A program made the translations under genes and the position numbers. Source: an uncultured euryarchaeote (lineage in GTDB: Archaea; Thermoplasmatota; Poseidoniia; Poseidoniales; Poseidoniaceae). Taken from it: a stretch of 55,350 nt of DNA. The stretch lies in assembly GCA_937894115.1 (NCBI GenBank), contig CALBFP010000230.1, positions 1 through 55,350 of the forward strand, in the 5' to 3' direction. Shown here piece by piece: positions 51,737 through 55,350 of the stretch (positions within the stretch are counted from its first letter, which is position 1; each line of letters starts with the position of its first letter). The notes under the pieces were generated by a model. That model did not search any database. It saw nothing but the letters and a program-made list of their open reading frames with translations, and had not been told where the DNA came from.

Positions 51737-52854
51737 AAATCAACCACCATGGGCACTCTGCAGTAAAACCGGGCCGTCCGGGAAGCGGATTGTTTCCAGA
51801 CTCGCCGCTCGGAGAACAAATCGAGGGAATCCCTACTGGGCGTGATGTTGCGTGGGAACCGCTCGTCGATTATCGAAGAAATGGGGTTTCTGAGACGACC
51901 ATTCATGGCGCAGTGGCATGGGCACATGGTGATGAAGTCATTCATTCGTTTGGAGGAAATGTTCTGTGCTACGGTCGGTCGATGATGAAACCGTTCATGC
52001 TCAAAGCCTTCGTGAACGAATTGTCGTCGTTGTCTTGGGAACAGAAGGCCATATCGGTTGCAAGCCACAATGGGGATACGGAACACGTGGCTGCAGCCCA
52101 GTCTTTACTGTCTCAATCCGAATGGCCTTTGATGCTGACTCCGCTCGACGTTCCACTGATTCAATTTGGTCGACAAGTTCGCCGTCCTCGTCGATGGTAC
52201 CACACCTGTTCGGGCGAACACGCAGCTATTTTACGCGGATGCCGAGAAAAAGGCTGGAATCGAGCAGGGTACACGCTGCCGAGCCATCAGGTCTTCAATG
52301 CGTACTTGACCGAGATTCGCCGATACCTTGGCAAGGACTGGGAGCCACTGCGTATTGCAAAGGATGGTTGTGGTCTACCAACGGTTTCAAACACAGTTGC
52401 AGAATTGGCTCAAATTTATGCAGGACTGGTGCGCGACAAAGAAGAAGACTGGATTTGGGAGGCCATGGTTCGCCACCCTGATCTGGTTGGCGGCTTCAAT
52501 CGACTCGATTCAACCATCCTCAAAGCGGGTGAAGGGTCCGTAATTGCCAAAGAAGGAGCGGATGGGTTGCTCGGTCTTGCGATTGAACATCCGGACTATC
52601 CGAAGGGGCTTGGCATTGTCATCAAAATCGCTCACGGTTGGAACGCTCAAGCAACATGGTACGTTGCCCGTGCCGTTCTTGGAGTGCTAGGAATCGACTT
52701 GAGAAACCCCTATCCATTGCACCGTCAAAAAGCATTCATTGTCCCCGGTATCGTTCCCGAGCAATATCTGCAGGTCCTCGAAACCATCCCCACATGGGAC
52801 GAGTGGGACCCAGACCAAGATCGTTGGATGTATGGTTCGGAGTTGAAAGAATGA
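51733..52854 (+). CDS. Class 3 (Rhizobium-type, asparaginase II family) asparaginase-like amidohydrolase
   Basis: RSMMKP, ASHNG...H, CSGEH, DGCGLP, AKEGADG, KIAHG motifs. GTG start overlaps the upstream stop. Confidence 0.8.
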   Translation: MKINHHGHSAVKPGRPGSGLFPDSPLGEQIEGIPTGRDVAWEPLVDYRRNGVSETTIHGAVAWAHGDEVIHSFGGNVLCYGRSMMKPFMLKAFVNELSSLSWEQKAISVASHNGDTEHVAAAQSLLSQSEWPLMLTPLDVPLIQFGRQVRRPRRWYHTCSGEHAAILRGCREKGWNRAGYTLPSHQVFNAYLTEIRRYLGKDWEPLRIAKDGCGLPTVSNTVAELAQIYAGLVRDKEEDWIWEAMVRHPDLVGGFNRLDSTILKAGEGSVIAKEGADGLLGLAIEHPDYPKGLGIVIKIAHGWNAQATWYVARAVLGVLGIDLRNPYPLHRQKAFIVPGIVPEQYLQVLETIPTWDEWDPDQDRWMYGSELKE

Positions 52855-54296
52855 ACGCAATGAATTTCATTGGTGGAATCTTTCTCGATGCAGAACATCA
52901 ACAAACGATTGAAAACATCAATCCTGCAACCGGTGAACGTATTGGAACCTTGCCACGTTCGGACGCATCGGATGTTGAATCTGCTGTAAATGCTGCAAAG
53001 GCTGCTCAAAAGGAATGGTCTGCACTGAGCATGCAGGAACGAGCGAAGTGGCTTGATCGTCTAGCGGATGGACTTGCGGCTCGAAAAGAGGAACTGGCAC
53101 GGCGAGAATCTCGAGATACTGGGAAACCGTTGGCACTTGCCCGACGCGTTGATGCACAACGTTCGGTTGACAATTTTCGATTTTTTGCAGCCTATGCACA
53201 ACAACAGAAGCAAGAGGTGTTTGAAATGGACGACGCAACGAATTTCGTGCATCGTAAAGCGATTGGAACGGTTGGACTCATCACACCATGGAATCTACCA
53301 CTTTACTTGCTCAGTTGGAAGGTTGCACCTGCACTGTTGATGGGCAATACCGTTGTTGCAAAACCAAGTGAATTAACCCCTTCGACTGCGAATCTTCTCT
53401 GTGAAGTGGCTTCTGAGGTTGGACTTCCTGACGGTGTTCTCAACGTTGTTCACGGGTATGGACCGGAGGTAGGCCAAGCCATTCTTGAACATCCATCGAT
53501 ACGTGCAATTTCATTCACAGGAGGTACTTCAACAGGCCGTCATGTTGCAGCAACATCAGCACCGATGTTCAAGAAATTGTCGTTGGAGTTGGGTGGCAAA
53601 AACGCAACAATCGTTCTCGATGATGCCGACCTTGAACTCGCTCTTGACGGTACGCTTCGAGCAGGCTTCACCAACAGCGGTCAGGTCTGTCTTTGCGGCT
53701 CACGAATTCTTCTGCATGCCTCGATCGCCGACCAATTTCTTGCCAAATTTGTCGAACGAGTTGAGCGAATGGTGTGCGGCGCACCAGAGGACGAGTCCAC
53801 ACAAATAGGCGCTCTCATCAGTCAGGAACATCTCCGTAAAGTCGAATCCTACATCCAACTTGGTATTGAAGAAGGCGGGGCCGTCGTTGCTGGGGGGACG
53901 CGTGAAATGACGGGGCAGGTCGGACCTACGCCTGATGGTGCGTTCTTGAGACCCACAATCATCGATGGACTGAACCACACCTCACGTACCGTTACAGAGG
54001 AAATCTTCGGCCCAGTGGTTACCATCCATCGCTTTGATTCCGATGACGAGGCGATAGCAATGGCCAATTCAACCGAATATGGGCTCGCCGGTTCGGTGTG
54101 GTCCAAGGACGCCGAACGAGCGCATGCATTGGCTCAGAAAATCGAAACAGGAATTGTCTGGATCAATACGTGGCTGCACCGAGACTTACGAACACCGTTT
54201 GGAGGTGTGAAGAACTCAGGTGTGGGACGCGAAGGGGGATATTGGAGTCTGAATTTCTTTTCCGAGCCACTCAATGTTTGCATTAAACACGATTGA
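52851..54296 (+). CDS. Aldehyde dehydrogenase, 2-aminomuconate/2-hydroxymuconate semialdehyde dehydrogenase-like (ALDH8 type)
   Basis: ITPWNLPLYLLSWK, KPSE, FTGGT, LELGGKN, GQVCLCGSR, EEIFGPV, WLHRDLRTPFGG.K.SG.GREGG. ATG overlaps the upstream stop (ATGA). Confidence 0.9.
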   Translation: MNAMNFIGGIFLDAEHQQTIENINPATGERIGTLPRSDASDVESAVNAAKAAQKEWSALSMQERAKWLDRLADGLAARKEELARRESRDTGKPLALARRVDAQRSVDNFRFFAAYAQQQKQEVFEMDDATNFVHRKAIGTVGLITPWNLPLYLLSWKVAPALLMGNTVVAKPSELTPSTANLLCEVASEVGLPDGVLNVVHGYGPEVGQAILEHPSIRAISFTGGTSTGRHVAATSAPMFKKLSLELGGKNATIVLDDADLELALDGTLRAGFTNSGQVCLCGSRILLHASIADQFLAKFVERVERMVCGAPEDESTQIGALISQEHLRKVESYIQLGIEEGGAVVAGGTREMTGQVGPTPDGAFLRPTIIDGLNHTSRTVTEEIFGPVVTIHRFDSDDEAIAMANSTEYGLAGSVWSKDAERAHALAQKIETGIVWINTWLHRDLRTPFGGVKNSGVGREGGYWSLNFFSEPLNVCIKHD

Positions 54297-54350
54297 TTGA
54301 GCAGCGAGCCTTTGAAATGGTGAATTCATTCGGCAACATGAGGCAGGACG

Positions 54351-55172
54351 ATGTCGATTCACAGTAAAGCGACCAAAGTAACAACGCACACGCTGCAAGA
54401 AATGAAACGCGCTGGTGAACCCATTACGATGCTGACCGCATACGATTACTCTCTCGCTCGTCTTGTCGATGCAGCTGGAGTTGATGTAATTCTTGTTGGC
54501 GATTCTGCTTCAAACGTCATGGCAGGTCAGGTTACGACAGTTCCGATGACGTTGGATCATATGATCTATCACGCACAATGCGTACAAAGGGCCGTCGATC
54601 GAGCGCTCATCGTCGTCGATATGCCGTTTGGTACGTATCAAGGAAACTCACGTCAAGCCTTGGAAAGTGCAATTCGAATTATGAAAGAAGCTGAAGGTCA
54701 TGCCGTCAAGTTGGAAGGTGGCTCAGAGATTGTTGAATCCATTGAACGTATTTTGACGGCTGGAATCCCTGTGATGGGACACCTTGGGTTGACTCCGCAG
54801 AGCATCTACAAATTTGGTACCTATTCGGTTCGAGCAAAAGAGGATACTGAGGCTGAGAAACTAATTGCTGATGCTAAATTGTTGGAGGCGGCCGGGTGCT
54901 TTGCAATCGTTCTTGAAAAGATTCCAAAAGAATTGGCTCAACGCGTAAAGAACGAACTGAACATCCCAGTTATTGGAATTGGGGCTGGCCCGCATTGCGA
55001 CGGACAAGTTTTGGTTCTGCACGATCTTCTTGGAATCACGATGGATTTCTCACCTCGTTTCCTGCGTCGATATCTCAATTTAGCCGAAGACATTGGTGCC
55101 GCAATTCAATCGTACTGTGAGGACGTCCGTTCTGGAGACTTCCCCAACGAATCCGAATCCTACACTTCTTAG
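54351..55172 (+). CDS. panB: 3-methyl-2-oxobutanoate hydroxymethyltransferase
   Basis: [48 protein letters not shown]. Confidence 0.97.
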   Translation: MSIHSKATKVTTHTLQEMKRAGEPITMLTAYDYSLARLVDAAGVDVILVGDSASNVMAGQVTTVPMTLDHMIYHAQCVQRAVDRALIVVDMPFGTYQGNSRQALESAIRIMKEAEGHAVKLEGGSEIVESIERILTAGIPVMGHLGLTPQSIYKFGTYSVRAKEDTEAEKLIADAKLLEAAGCFAIVLEKIPKELAQRVKNELNIPVIGIGAGPHCDGQVLVLHDLLGITMDFSPRFLRRYLNLAEDIGAAIQSYCEDVRSGDFPNESESYTS

Positions 55173-55350
55173 ATGTAGATGAAGGACAGGACGCTGCCGC
55201 CAAATGCTCCGACATTTACACCGATTCCGTGCCAGAGACCGTATCGGAACGGTGGAAAATCAAATTGAAGCCAATAGGAACTGATCCATAACCACGCAAT
55301 GGCAGGTATGTAGGCTCCACAATACACCGATGCGCCTTGAAACATCCAGG
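55169..55350 (-). CDS. 3' end of a hypothetical membrane protein (truncated by the window edge)
   Basis: Open minus-strand frame ...[47 protein letters not shown] whose stop (55169-55171) overlaps the panB stop. Not listed in the ORF track. Confidence 0.6.
   Translation of the reverse strand, partial: WMFQGASVYCGAYIPAIAWLWISSYWLQFDFPPFRYGLWHGIGVNVGAFGGSVLSFIYI

Noticed and set aside
52638-52850. N-terminal extension of the ALDH
   Set aside because: Overlaps the asparaginase-like gene. ATG 52851 gives a normal ALDH length and a coupled start.
1-55350. CRISPR array, rRNA, transposase or diversity-generating retroelement acting on the giant genes
   Set aside because: No regularly spaced DNA repeats, rRNA-like segment, reverse transcriptase or near-identical TR/VR pair noticed by eye. 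Repeats in the giants are visible only at protein level. A self-alignment would be needed to exclude this fully.

Overview
Archaeal chromosomal window, most consistent with Marine Group II Euryarchaeota (Poseidoniales, Thermoplasmatota). This assignment is inferred from gene content: PolD small subunit, pelota, GatD, RFC small subunit, an intron-containing tRNA-Met, and giant acidic surface proteins. About half of the window encodes very large secreted, membrane-anchored proteins: the 3' end of one at the left edge, a 4607-aa multidomain protein, a 3047-aa protein with seven DNRLRE-like repeats plus its ~870-aa Ig-stalk neighbour, and an apparently catalytically dead alpha/beta-hydrolase with cadherin-like repeats. 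The most striking observation is that the 4607-aa protein ends in a sorting-signal-like anchor, an acidic linker, and then a complete archaeal type IV prepilin in frame, suggesting an adhesin-pilin polyprotein. Other highlights are a GH1 glycosidase-nucleotidyltransferase fusion facing a minimal galactokinase, a membrane-anchored DNase I-like nuclease, and a coupled LLM oxidoreductase / class-3 asparaginase-like / ALDH cluster upstream of panB. The remainder is housekeeping (fhs, flotillin-NfeD, CinA/PncC, acyl-CoA carboxyltransferase, tRNA-Val, tRNA-Met). No CRISPR array, rRNA or mobile element was seen. All family calls come from motif recognition by eye; no searches were run.
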